From assembly GCA_951804945.1 (NCBI GenBank), contig OX638152.1, forward strand, positions 26,970,001 through 27,034,000: a DNA stretch of 64,000 nucleotides, read 5' to 3'. The DNA is from Podarcis cretensis. Its lineage: Eukaryota. The position numbers and the translations under genes are program-made. The notes under the pieces were generated by a model that was given only the letters and a program-made list of their open reading frames with translations, had not been told where the DNA came from and made no database searches. Shown here in pieces: positions 25,988 through 38,560 of this stretch. Numbering within the stretch: the stretch's first letter is position 1; each line of letters begins with the position of its first letter.

Positions 25988-26829
25988 GTAACATGAAACA
26001 CGTTTTACCATTGCATTGTTGATAATCCAAGGTGGTGAAGCCAGCTAAATTTTAGGAACATAGATGCAGAGCTTCTCCCCAAGGGCAAGCTTGTTTTGGA
26101 GTGAGAAAATAGAAATGGTGCTATTCCCCTAGTTTGTGAAAACTGTAGCCACGAAACCTGCCAAAGTTCAATTGAACAAAGCCAGAGGCTATCGTGCTAG
26201 GTGATTTTACATTCATTTTAAAATACTGGATAAGTCTTGTCTGGTTGTAGCTGGTTTTTTCTTGCTGTCCTTGCCCCTTCCTGAAAGTATGTTCTGTGAA
26301 ATAAAATAAAAAAGGAGAGAGCTATGATTTTTGTTTGTTAGGGAAAAAATGATTTGGAAAGAAGGCCACCCAGATAGTCCAACTCTGCCACTTGCACGTT
26401 TATTCTCACAGTCAAAACACTGAGAATGACAGTCCATGTTTACTTCCACATCCCTCCCCCTTATCACTCTGATTGGAGGGCCCCCAGAAAATAAATCACC
26501 GTGATTCAAAGCTGCACCTGTTCATCAGAACAAAAGATCCCCCACAGACACACTCAGAAACTTTGGGAGTCTCTTATCCGAATCAAGACACCTTGGCAAT
26601 GCTCTGAGAACCTTTCCTGCATCATCCCAATTTTCCTCATAATTTGGGGTGTGCACAGAATCAGTGCACCCTCATTCTACCCTCACAGATTGATAAACCA
26701 TTGGTATTAATACCAGTTTGTTAGCAAAACTTTGCTGATATGTAACTAAAGAAGTCGCAGAGCAAGTCTAACAAGCAGACTAAGGAGTTTTATAATTCTC
26801 TTCTCCTATATAATCCTTCTCCCATCAAG

Positions 26830-26917
26830 GTTGCGAGTGAACTGTGTTGGAGTCTTTGATGTGTTAACATTTGATAACAGCCAAAACAATCCCCTGGCCC
26901 TCATGGCCCAGTATCAG
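26830..26917 (+). CDS. PAN3: PAN3 exon 14
   Basis: tcaag|G...CAG|gtaaga; RLRVNCVGVFDVLTFDNSQNNPLALMAQYQ. Confidence 0.96.
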
Positions 26918-28490
26918 GTAAGATCACAATATTGTCCCCTTTACTTCATGTTATTTGGTTAGTGAATATTCATCAATGATTGCATTTTTATATTGCTTTT
27001 TCCCTTCCTTAATAACATTTGGTGTTGACATGCTTTTCTTTACTTTGGATGAACTTTATTAAAGCAGCCTCCTCTACTGGTAGCATTAAAACATAAAATA
27101 TTTGCCTTTGCATATAGGCAAGGACTGCTGTTCATTAGTTGCCATTACAGTTTATGCAGCACTAGCAGTGCTTTGCAAAGTTTTGGAAGCAAAATGCAGG
27201 CAAGTCCCTGCCTCTGTAACGAACTTACAATCTAAGATAGAGAGTGCGTGGAAAACAGATTAGAGCAAAGGGTAGTGAGGAATACATTTTAATCAGTGAT
27301 ATCAAACTTGGGTATATTGTGCATAAATTAAAAGAAATGTCTCATCCTTTCTAAAACCCTCTTCAACAACAACCAATAATGGGAGATGGGAGGAAGTCTA
27401 GCTGATTCTCAGAACTAAAGAAACACCTTAGCTTTGTCAACAACAATCACACTAACTTCTTCCAGATGGAATAGAGAGCAAGCAAGTTTGCCATAAAACC
27501 AAGTTGTTTTTTCTTCTTTGTCCTTAACTTTCCACTAAATGAAAAACACCTCAGTCCAGCCGGTAAAGCACAATAAATATTGTTAAGTTTACAACTGTTT
27601 TACATGTTCACCTCTTTGTTTGGAAAGGATTCTCTTCACCTGTTGGCAGAAAAGTGAGAGGGCTGTGTAGGTAGGCATACATACTTTGGACATCGACTTT
27701 AGGAAAATAGGGCCAATTGTTCCTGTGAAGTACTGCATTCAAGAAGCCAATTAATTGTTTTAAGACTTGAAACTTGAAGTGCTACTATATGCTTTTGTAA
27801 TCCATATATTTGTAAATTTAATTTTAAAAAAATCTGAAAAGAATATTTAGCTTTCCAAGGTATGTATAGTTGTTGAGGTGTAAGTTAAGGGAGAGGGAGG
27901 GAGAAAGGAAACTGGATGTTGAGATTGATGGAGAATAGTGAATTGACCTGCTCACAGCCCTAGTAGCTGATAGTAAGTGTTCTAAAAGGGGAATAACGTT
28001 TGTGGGGAGGGACACATGTCCTGAGGCTAATGTCCTCCCTGCCTTGCACTGTACACTTTCGGGTGGAAAGAAAGAGAAAACGCCATGGTTCTCATTCTCT
28101 AAAGGCCTCTTCTTCTTAAACAACTATTTAAATGTGCAGATTCAATGTGCTGGCTGTCGGCACCAAACAAAGCCCTCTAGCTTTGCATAGCACAGCAAAG
28201 AAAAATGTATCAGAACAGAAAAAATGAATTTTCTTCCTCTCTCCCCTCCCCCTCCATAGTTATGCAAATTGGGTAAAGGAGAGAGTTTTAAGTGGAGCTG
28301 AACTTGACTATATGGCATCATATTTCTTAAAAGAAACAATGTGATGAAGTGGTTTGTGATAATTTTTTCTGTTTTGAGCATTATGTTAAATTGGTCCCAT
28401 CTAAGGTATTCTTATCTTTTTTTCCAATGCTAGGAAAGCTAATGATATTCTACTGACCCTGGTTAGACTTATTTGTTCACTTTTCTTTAG

Positions 28491-28630
28491 CAAGCAGACT
28501 TGATCTCCCTTGGGAAGGTGGTGTTGTCTTTGGCTTGCAATTCTCTGGCAGGAATTCAGAGGGAGAATTTGCAGAAAGCAATGGAACTGGTGACAATCAA
28601 CTATTCCTCTGATTTGAAGAATCTTATTTT
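28491..28630 (+). CDS. PAN3: PAN3 exon 15
   Basis: ctttag|CAA...ATTTT|gtaagt; QADLISLGKVVLSLACNSLAGIQRENLQKAMELVTINYSSDLKNLI. Confidence 0.97.
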
Positions 28631-29039
28631 GTAAGTTACTTTGAAATCAACTTATTTTTAAACTAGGCTAAAACGTGCCAGTGACAATTTGCTTACGGTT
28701 TGTTCATGCACATTGTTAAATTGGGAGTGGCGGTTCATGGGATGTTTCTACATCAAATGTGTGTGCACAAGATCCTCTCTTCCGTGATTAGTTTGACCTT
28801 GGTACAGCACCTATGTGGAAGGATTTCTGTATGACTGTTCAGATATAGAGGGATGGCGGTAAGTGGGGAAGGTGTAGGAAGAAAATTAATTTACCCTCCT
28901 AATTAGGAACGTTGTGTAGCTGAATCTCTTGAGTTACTGTTGACTTGTGCTGAAATTAGCATGAACTTAAAAAAAAAATTATTGTCCTTAACCTCGAACT
29001 TAAGCATTTTTCAGATCCTAATATATTTGTTGTTAGTAA

Positions 29040-29259
29040 AAGACAGAGGGCCTTCTCGGTAGTGGCGCCCACCCTGTGGAACACCCTCCCTTCAGATGTG
29101 AAGGAAATAAGCAGCTATCCTATCTTTAAAAGACATCTTTTAAAGGCAGCCCTGTTCAGGGAAGTTTTTAATATTCAACGCTATACTGTTTTTAACACTT
29201 GATTGGGAGCCGCCCAGAGTGGCTAGGGAAACTCAGCCAGATGGGTGGGGTATAAATAA

Positions 29260-29309
<50 letters not shown>
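29040..29309 (+). mobile_element. L2-type LINE 3' end with (TTA)n tail
   Basis: agggccttctcggtagtggcgcccaccctgtggaac (RAFSVVAPTLWN), 3' gccgcccagag...gggtggggtataaat, microsatellite tail. Confidence 0.75.
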
Positions 29310-29311
<2 letters not shown>

Positions 29312-29696
29312 CAGAGTTCAAATTCCCATTCTGCCATGAGGCAGTCACAACCTAATCTGCCTTACAATATTGTTGTGAGGATAAAACATTGGAACCAGGT
29401 GTGCTTCCTGAAGTTCTTGGAAGAAGAGCAGGATAAAAAGAAAAATGGAAAACAACTTTGCAGTACATCATCAGCCAGTCACATAAATAGAGCCTCGAAT
29501 GTCACCTCCTAATGGTGCTACTGTCTTTCACATAGCTGCAGTGGCGTAAAATGTTCTGTATATGAAGTAGAGCTTTGTGCCATATTTTCGCTTTTATAGA
29601 TTAATAAAATTAGCGTTCACAGATGGAACCTCTTTTAAAAGAAACTTATTTCTTTAGCCCTGTTTTTAAAGTAACTTTTAAAAACTGCCTTGTTAG

Positions 29697-29826
29697 GTAT
29701 TTGCTGACTGACCAAAACAGGCTTCGAAGTGTAAATGATATCATGCCTATGATTGGTGCAAGATTCTATACTCAGTTGGATGCTGCCCAAATGAGAAATG
29801 ATGTAATAGAAGAAGACCTTGCAAAG
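29697..29826 (+). CDS. PAN3: PAN3 exon 16 (coiled coil)
   Basis: gttag|G...AAG|gtaaat; LYLLTDQNRLRSVNDIMPMIGARFYTQLDAAQMRNDVIEEDLAK. Confidence 0.97.
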
Positions 29827-30779
29827 GTAAATGCGAAGATAATGCACATTCATCTCTATTTTCTTAGGGAAGCTGATGTTGCCAATAGGTTCCCAAAGTC
29901 TGTAAATGTAGTACGATTGAGACCTGCCCATCTTGCCATAGGGTGATGTACCCATCTGCCCCCCCCCCATTGCTGTTTAAATGATAAGGCATTTGGGAAG
30001 ATACTGTGTTACAGATCAGTGGTTTTCCAGCCTCAGAGTCTCCACAAATGTCACTTTGATCCATACATATTCACATACCTCATTGGCTAATAATCCTATT
30101 TAGTGGAATGGTAAAGCAATTAACTTCTGCCCATTTTAGAAAGGCAATGGTGAGATGCAAGGTATCTCAGCTAAGATGCTAACTGGCTGGCAGTGTTTGA
30201 AACTCCCATTTTTCTAGACGCATTTTGAGATAGGGAATTTCATTAGCATGAGCAGTTTCTGAGTTTTGGTTGCAGTACTGCGCCTAAGATTTAGGTTCAA
30301 ACTGCAGAGTGGAAGGAAAGGAGGACCTTTTTCTGCTTCCCCACTTCCAGCTACTCGCTGAAGACTGGAGGAGAGACCCTCTTAAGAATATTAGGGGGGT
30401 GGGCAGAGGAAGGACTAGACCATGTGAAAAGTGAACATAATATTTTAGCGGCAGTTCATTCATTTTCAGCTTCGTATTCTTGTTATGAAAAAGCGCACCT
30501 AGACATTCCATTGTTGTGCCCATAACCTGGGTTTAAGGTGCCATTTAGCTCCTAGCTTTCATATCTCAGTTTCTAACACTGCCTGCCGAAGGGCACCTTG
30601 CCTTGCAGTGGTCTTCAAATAACAGCACTGATTGGAGCTCAAAATGGATCTTGGAGGCATGATGGAAATCGCTGCCCAGTGTTGTGATACAGCCTTCTGA
30701 AAAATGAAGGCAAACCTACTACTTAGATCATAAAGATGTGGAAGTATATGAAAGTATACTAGTCCTCCTCTGTTCTGTG

Positions 30780-31181
30780 ATGCCTTATGAGGAACGGCTA
30801 AGGGAGCTGGGCATGTTTAGCCTGGAGAAGAGGAGGTTAAGGGGTGATATGATAGCCATGTTCAAATATATAAAAGGATGTCACATAGAGGAGGGAGAAA
30901 GGTTGTTTTCTGCTGCTCCAGAGAAGCGGACACGGAGCAATGGATCCAAACTACAAGAAAGAAGATTCCACCTAAACATTAGGAAGAACTTCCTGACAGT
31001 AAGAGCTGTTTGACAGTGGAATTTGCTGCCAAGGAGTGTGGTGGAGTCTCCTTCTTTGGAGGTCTTTAAGCAGAGGCTTGACAACCATATGTCAGGAGTG
31101 CTCTGATGGTGTTTCCTGCTTGGCAGGGGGTTGGACTCGATGGCCCTTGTGGTCTCTTCCAACTCTATGATTCTATGATTC
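30780..31181 (+). mobile_element. CR1 LINE 3' end
   Basis: PYEERLRELGMFSLEKRRLRGDMI... CR1 ORF2 C-terminus; ends in (ATTCTATG)n. Confidence 0.92.
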
Positions 31182-31451
31182 CTGAATAGTCTTTTTTAAG
31201 ATTAAAAGTAGATAAGGAGGTCTATCTCCATTTTGTATGGAGTGCAAAAACTTAAGTTGAACCAAGTTCTCATTAAAATCAACGTGACAGACATTATTTA
31301 AGTCCCATTGCTTTCAAGTGAAATGTAAGTTTTATTCCCCCCTCCCCCCCCTCCGGATCTAACTGTATGGTTATTTGATTATAATTTATACTTTTAATAG
31401 AAGAGCAAAATATAGTGATTGTCAAGCTTTTATTTTTCTCTTGTCATTTAG

Positions 31452-31516
31452 GAAGTTCAGAATGGAAGATTATTTCGGCTTCTTGCAAAATTGGGAACAA
31501 TCAATGAGAGGCCAGA
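31452..31516 (+). CDS. PAN3: PAN3 exon 17
   Basis: atttag|GAA...CCAGA|gtaagg; EVQNGRLFRLLAKLGTINERP. Confidence 0.97.
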
Positions 31517-32339
31517 GTAAGGAATTCAGCATTTTCTGCATCAGTGTGTTATAAAGAGGCACCACAAAGAGTCTTGAATGTTCACGCATGATGATGGACT
31601 TGCAAAGTATAGAAGCCTCTGAAAGATGGGCTAGGTTACTTTGGTCAGTTTGGTAGCACACTGTCCAGAACTTCTTTGTATGTGAATATGTGTTTACCAC
31701 TCACTTTTCAGTTGGATAATAGATCCTGAGGCTTGTCTGAAGATAGAGAATTATTAGTGCAAGGTGATGTTTCATAAGTTGCAAGATTTCATACGATTTT
31801 AAAACTCCAAACTATTGGTGCATTCTTGGGAAGGTATTTCAGTTTTTTCTCCCAACAGCAGCAAATACTCTCCAAGTGCATACAGTTGCTACAGTGCCAA
31901 CTCTGGAGACTGGGAACAGTAATTGATAATTGTAAAGATTGCATTCTCCTGGACACTGTAAGTCTGACCTCAATGACTAATGATGCCAAACGTAACCTTA
32001 AGCAATAGATTGTTTCATCCAGAGCATTAGGAACTGGTAGGGATTCCCCCCGCCCCGCCCCCCCACGCTTAAAAACCTTATTAACCTGGTTTTCAAAATC
32101 AGCTAAATTAGGATATCAGGAAAGAGATGTGCAGCATAGTTGCTTAAGATGCTTTTAGCCCCATGAAAAGTTTGTTTTTAATTTTAAACTCTGGACTGAA
32201 GGGTGTATCACACATTCCTCCTTCTTAAATTGTGGTGGGGAATAACTTGCTACAAAGCAGAAACTTCTTCAGAAAACACTTAGTCTGAGATGTTTATGAA
32301 CTTGTACTAAGAAACACAAAACGCTCTGTTTTACAATAG

Positions 32340-32478
32340 ATTTCAGAAGGACCCAACATGGTCAGAAACTGGAGACAGATACCTCCTGAAGCTGTTTAGG
32401 GATCATCTTTTTCATCAGGTGACAGAAACGGGCACTCCTTGGATAGACCTCAGTCACATTATCTCTTGTCTTAACAAG
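32340..32478 (+). CDS. PAN3: PAN3 exon 18 (C-terminal knob domain)
   Basis: aatag|A...AAG|gtaaat; [47 protein letters not shown]. Confidence 0.97.
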
Positions 32479-33089
32479 GTAAATGAGTGACTGTATTTTA
32501 CATTTATTGCAGATAAACTATGTAACTAGTCTGTCTTTCCTCCTCCTGTTATTTTTAATTGGGCTGCAAGCAAGTTGTCTTAAAGCAGATATGGTTCTCA
32601 AATTGGTCTTCAGCTGTGTGTGCAGGTGAGTTCACACGGTGTGCATGGTGGCGCTGTTAAAAATGCCCTAGGTGTCAGTGGTGCAAATGAGTGCTTCATT
32701 GGCTGCATCAGAAGCAATGTTTGCATGTGAGACACACTGGCCTGGCTCAGATAGGACACTAAACCCTAGCTTTGTGGCACAGTGATGCATTGTAGGGAGT
32801 CTTGGACTTGCCTGCTCCCCTCTTCATCTGTGTTTTAAAACTAACTGGCTCTACATCTGTCAAGGACAAATGGTTTGTAGTTTAAACTGTGGTTTATTGA
32901 AATATGCTAGGATCAAACCATGGTTTCTGACCACGAATTGTTTCCATAAAAAACGTAGTTTAAACCTACTGGTTTGTTTTTGTCAGATGTGACAAACTGT
33001 GCTCAGCTTAAAAAGCAAATTATTCCAGTTTGGTGGCTGCACTGGAGGAGGAGAAAGGAGGAAAGGGGAGCATGAGCTCAGAGGTAAAC

Positions 33090-33228
33090 CAGGCATCCCC
33101 AAACTTGGCCTTCCAGATGTTTTGGGACTGCAACTCCCATCATCCCTGACCACTGGTCCTGTTAGCTAGGGATGATGGGAGTTGTAGTCCCAAAACATCT
33201 GGAGTTTGGCCGAGTTTGGGGGTGCCTG
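33090..33228. mobile_element. Palindromic hAT-like MITE
   Basis: CAGGCATCCCCAAACT...AGTTTGGGGGTGCCTG, whole element self-complementary; relatives at about 4245, 18735, 47817, 48790, 52995 and 59190. Confidence 0.8.
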
Positions 33229-33589
33229 TGCTAAATTGTGGTTTAGCTTTACATCTGAACCCTGGCCTCTCTTGTACATATTCAGTGAAAATTCTATTGT
33301 TGTGCCTAGTTCAAAACGGTTAACCTCTTACTATTAAATTCAGAAGCTGATAGGGATCTCTACGTTCAGTTTAGACTTTAAGGAACAAAATGCCTAATGC
33401 ACGTAGACTAGACCAATCCCTATCTTTTCCCAGTCCTCTTGCCCTAAAGCTATTTGTTGTGTTGTGTTGTGTGGTTTATGAATGATTGCCTGTTTGACTA
33501 TTCCCACTTGTGTAATCCTGCATATGGAAAACTACTACATGCTGAAAGATTTTGAAGGTCCTTTCAGCGAATCCTATAGTTTTAACTGT

Positions 33590-33900
33590 GCATTGTGTGA
33601 CAAAGTACTTTTCTTTTGTCCTGAAACTTTCATTGGATGGCTCTGGGATCTAGTATTATGAGGGGGAGAAAAACATCTCCATCCATTCCCCCCTCACACA
33701 CATAATTTTATACAGCTCTTATCATAACCCCTCCTTACTTACTCCCCCCCCCCCCCCACCAATAAAAAGCTCCAAATAGTGCAATCTTGCCTCATAGGGG
33801 AGTTGCTCCAGCCCCTTGATGGTTTTGGTTGCCCTTTTCTGCACCTTTCCCAGGTCCACAGTATACTTTCTGAGGTGTGGTGACCATTATTACACATCAT
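33590..33900 (-). mobile_element. Degraded CR1 fragment
   Basis: cctcataggggagttgctccagccccttgatggttttggttgcccttttctgcacc; reverse complement resembles CR1 ORF2 (VQKRATKTIKGLEQLPYE). Confidence 0.65.
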
Positions 33901-34279
33901 TGAAATTGCAGGTATTCCATAGATCTGGATAATGGCATTATGACATGGGCAGCTTTAATTTCAATCCCTTCCCTAGCAAGCCCTAATTTACCCTTTTCGC
34001 AGCTGTCACATCCTGGGTCGATATTTTTATTGAGCTGCCCACCCCTGACCCCACCACATTCCTTCTTGTGCTGCCTCAGAAGGGTTCCCAGCCTCCTGGA
34101 GCAGATTTTTAGTGGGCACCCAAGGCTGCAAGGAGACGTTGATCGGAGTTGCAGGCAGAACTCTATATTCAGGATGCTCCCACCACGTGAGCACACCCCA
34201 AGATCCCAGCCAAAACCATTAATTTTGTAAATATGGTATCAAGTCCTACTAATGGAAGTTTTCTGCCCTTTGATTTCAG

Positions 34280-34420
34280 CTAGATGCTGGTGTGCCAGAA
34301 AAAATAAGCCTCATTTCCAGAGATGAGAAGAGTGTACTTGTGGTGACGTATAGTGACCTAAAACGCTGCTTTGAAAATACTTTTCAAGAACTGATTGCAG
34401 CCGCGAACGGCCAGTTGTAG
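34280..34420 (+). CDS. PAN3: PAN3 last coding exon (19), ends in TAG
   Basis: tttcag|CTA...TTG TAG; LDAGVPEKISLISRDEKSVLVVTYSDLKRCFENTFQELIAAANGQL*. Confidence 0.97.
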   Translation, partial: LDAGVPEKISLISRDEKSVLVVTYSDLKRCFENTFQELIAAANGQL

Positions 34421-37250
34421 TACTTGCTGAAAGCATGCAGGACGTTGCTGAAGAACATAACTAATAGCAAATTGCACTACAGCTGATTGTCGTCATCTCA
34501 TTTCACATTTTGGGAAACAAAACAGCAGGAGATGTTGCACTTCAGTCAGGTACACTGTTACTTGAAGGGAAGAATGTTTTTGCTTACCCTTGAGCTCTGG
34601 CTGCCATTGGAGGCTTTATCTGTGAAGAATTTATTTTAAAATAAGGAACACATCAGGAGTATGATGTTCCTGCTTTTATTTTTTCCACTCGTATATGCAC
34701 TAATTTTAATTTTTTTAAGACTTTTCTGATCTCTGATGTTTTGCCACATTGGATACTTACTAAGGGAATCTCTTTGCAAGGACATTTCTGGGATTTTTAT
34801 TTTATTTTTTGCCACTGAACATACTGCGGAATTTATTTGTTTTGATATTATTTGCACCCCAGAATACTATAAAGGACCAGGTGAATAATTTCATAGAAAT
34901 TGTGTTCTGTAAATTTACAGTGTAGCTTGTAACCTCTGTAAAACCGTGTCTTATGCCACCCACTGTTAGGTTCACCAATCAAAACCAGAAGATGCATATT
35001 TTTTTAAAAAAGGAAGAAAAAAATCAAGTTGGGTATTATAGAAATCTCACATGTAAAATCCCCTTTTATTTGGCTGAAGCTTTGTCTAAGCAAAGCAGCA
35101 CCATTTTGAGATCTGTAACTTTGAGAGCATATCCCAGTTGCTCTAAACACAACCAGCGCCTTTTAAATAAAATACCTGTTTGTATATTTTACTGCTAGTC
35201 AGATGCATTCACATTTATGCAATTTTTAATAGAATTTTTAAAAGGAATTGTGTTACAGACCTGAGGATTCGGGAGTTTATTCATTTAATTTACTTATGGT
35301 ATCCTTTTTTGTATAAAGTTTTGTTCTTTGAACCACAGCTTTATTATGGTACTTTACACTGGATTGGAAGATTAACTACACACAGCAGTTGTCTGGCATC
35401 AAGAGCTTTTGAAGTTTTATAGCCTGATTCTGGAAGAATGGTGGTCTGCTGTGCCTTTGCAGTCACTGCTTAGCCCAAAGTAATATTACTTTTGATAATA
35501 CTCAGCACATGAATATTCGGTCTTCAAGCCTGGGATTTCTTTCCCCGCAATTAACTTTCTGATATTGGACCTGCATTTGTCTGCAAGCTTGGGTATTCAA
35601 GGGAATTTGTAGTGGAACACCTACACTTTGATACTGAAGACTGCCAAATACGTATAATTTTTCCCCTTTCTTAAAGCAGTAGTGAAGACTGTATATCTGC
35701 ATCCTTTTCCCAGCACTGAATGTTTTAATAGCACTGGGTGCTCACCATGAAGACAATGTGGAAACTCTCTCCCAAAGGTGTCAGGACAGACTCAAAGCAC
35801 TTGCAACTGATGTTACTGGCACCCATTTTATTAATTCTCAATATTTGTAATTTCAGGTGAATTTTTAATAATTCTGTCCAGTTTTATAAGCTTTAATGAT
35901 GACACTCCTTTAGATTTGCCTCAAGGAAAGCAGTGCTCTTCAGAAGGAAGGCTGTGGAAGACTAGGGACACCTGTTGCGCCTCTAAATGAGAAATTGCAG
36001 AGCCTGCGGTTTGGTAGCATAAATAAAATCAGTTGTTTTATCTGGAAAAAAATTTAAACGGAGCATAATGTTTAATATTGAGAAGAGAACAGTTGCCACA
36101 CTGTTGTTCTTTTTTTTAATGTCCAAAGGAACAGGGACTTTGAGATACGAACCTGGCAACCAGTCTTTTATCATTCGCTCATGTATATGAGGAAGAGCAG
36201 CTGTCTTTTTATATGTTTTTGAAAAATCATATTGTAATTCTTTTGTACAAAAAGTAGTACTTGTATTCTAGAAGAAATATTGAATGCTTAATTTATATGC
36301 GGGCTGAGGCTTTTTCTTTTCGTTTCCCCACTGTTGTTTTCTTTGAAAATGAAAGGGATCATCTCTTCAGTTGCGGGAACTGGGAACCTTTGACGGATTA
36401 TTTTGTGGACCAATATTTTGGAAAAGCAAAAGCAAAGGGGGGGGGGTGTTTGTAATGCAGGGCCTTCAGTCTCATCCTTGCTGTACCAACATGCCCACCT
36501 CTGAAACGGCAAGCTGCATTTTGCTTATTTGTCTCATTCTGTAAGTGTACATTGCTTTAGCCCCAGTAATCTCAGGACTTGGTTTAAGGTTAAAAAAAAA
36601 TAATAATTTTGAAAAAGAGAGCAGAGAGCCAATAAGTTTCCATAAGTAAACGCCATCCAAGAAATTTCTGCTGTTGGGTAATGCATAGAACAATGTGGAG
36701 TATTGTTTGTTTTTATTTGGTCTGTGTTTTGGAATTTTCTGCTTTGGTGTTTTTTTGGGGAGAGCCCTTCTACTCCAATATAATTCCATTTAGAAGGCTG
36801 TCCAGAAACTAGCATGTTCCACTCATTGGAAGAGTTATGTATGTAATCCCTAAAACAGCGCAGCAATGTTTTTCTTAAACAAGGCATACTTTTTTCATGC
36901 GGGGAAATGATTCTGACCTTCCTATCTTTACAGCTGAAAGCACAGAAAGGACAGCCTTTTGAAATCATGTGATGTTAGTCCATTTAAATTTTCTTACCTG
37001 TTCTTAGGTTGCTTGTTTGGGTTTTTGTTTTTGCTACACTGTAAATACTTTATTCGGGGTACATAATGTCTTTCTTTTCCTTCTAATTTTCCCTTGTTCC
37101 AGTAAAGTTTTAGACGTGAACAGCTTCCCCTAAAAAGCACCAGTGTTACATTCTGATGTCATGATCCCACTCTGTGTTACCTTTTAATCTTGTTTTTCAT
37201 TCTTTTCATGTGTACAGCAGTATTTTTAATAAAGAATACCAGAAATAACA
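34421..37250 (+). other. PAN3: PAN3 3'UTR (approximate end)
   Basis: Repeat-free, U-rich tract after the stop; AATAAA at 35166 and 37228; TGTAAATA (Pumilio element) at 37040. Confidence 0.7.
37228..37233 (+). terminator. Probable main PAN3 poly(A) signal
   Basis: AATAAA with upstream TGTA and downstream U/GU-rich sequence. Confidence 0.6.
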
Positions 37251-38554
37251 CAGCCTTCTTTTGAGCATGCAAAGGTGTGGGTATTGTGTGCCACTTCTTG
37301 TGTAGTTGACTTAAACTATATTTTACTCCACCCCACTCTACTGCAGGGTTTGTGGAACAGTGTTTGGCTTGCAAGCGTTGTTTATCTGGTGTTCAGATAT
37401 AGTATACAGTCTCAAGAGAACAGTGATGTGCATTTCTTGCTAATAGGCAAATGGCAGAGCTGGCCTGTTCGTTATCAAACTGACTCCAGATGCTGAAGTA
37501 GTCCGAAGCCTCCGAAAACTGCTTTTTAAATAACTTCCACTTTTGTTTGAGCTCCCATATCAGATTAAGATACATTTGGCAATTTACTTCTTGGAAAATT
37601 ATGCATGAGTTTTATGTAGTTTTCCATTTTTTATTGATTTGAACTATTAACTGAAAAAAATATATAGTAAGGCATGGTCAAGGCCTTTGAACCTTCAAAC
37701 CTCCCTGTGATATGTTTTATATAAAATGTAAAAAGTCATAGAACTTTATACAATTGCATAAAATTGCCAGTATGCCTTTTTCTTTGCATAAATTAATCTG
37801 GACCACCTGTTGCTTGAAATGAATTTTGTTTAGAAAGTTCATTTTGCAAGTAGGCTAAAATGAAAGTTGCAGCAAGTTTTGCTTCGTACTCTTATCTCTG
37901 GCAGTCAGAGGGCAGAAAAAATTTAGGATCCTGCCAGATATTTTTTTAAACCTGCAAAAAGTCTGCAAGACCAGTTTTCATCTTTACACCTTCTAAAAGT
38001 GCATGCGTGGCCTTGCTGTTCATTGTCCCTGGGTTTTCTTTCTCAAGCTGGAGTATGCTTAACAGGAGAAGCTCCAAGGGCTTCACCTTGTGTAGTATTT
38101 TGTGAGCATGTGGGTTGCAAAAGCATGCTTGCACATCATACTGGCCCATGTGCCAGAGGATAAGGCTTGTCTTCAACTCCTTTCTACAGCTACACACGAT
38201 GGCAAGCACATCTTTCCTGCTGACAGCTTTGAATTCAAACAATGCCTTGGGCAAGTACAGAATTCTGTGCATGCAACTGCATATAGTCCATGGAGAAAAA
38301 ACTCACCTTTAGAAGGGCCCAATGATCCGCAGAATGAAGAAGCATCTCTTTATCACACTACCAGTGACTTAGCTTGAATTCATCCCCTTGAAATAAGGTC
38401 GAACTTCTGACAGGCCCTGACAAATACTTTGGCTACTTGAAATGGCTGCTTCAAGCCCAAACCGACCAAGTCAGTGAGACACTTCTGCAACATTATGGAA
38501 CTATTATAAACACAAGCAAACCAATAATCTCTCAAATGGAGCTTGGAAATAAAT

Positions 38555-38560
38555 TTTATT
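38555..38560 (-). terminator. Probable FLT1 poly(A) signal
   Basis: TTTATT on + (AATAAA on -), followed on - by a GU-rich ggtttgcttgtgttt about 30 nt downstream. Confidence 0.6.

Noticed and set aside
36472-36968. 144-aa and 105-aa antisense ORFs
   Set aside because: Antisense to the U-rich PAN3 3'UTR; composition reflects low complexity, no splice or homology support
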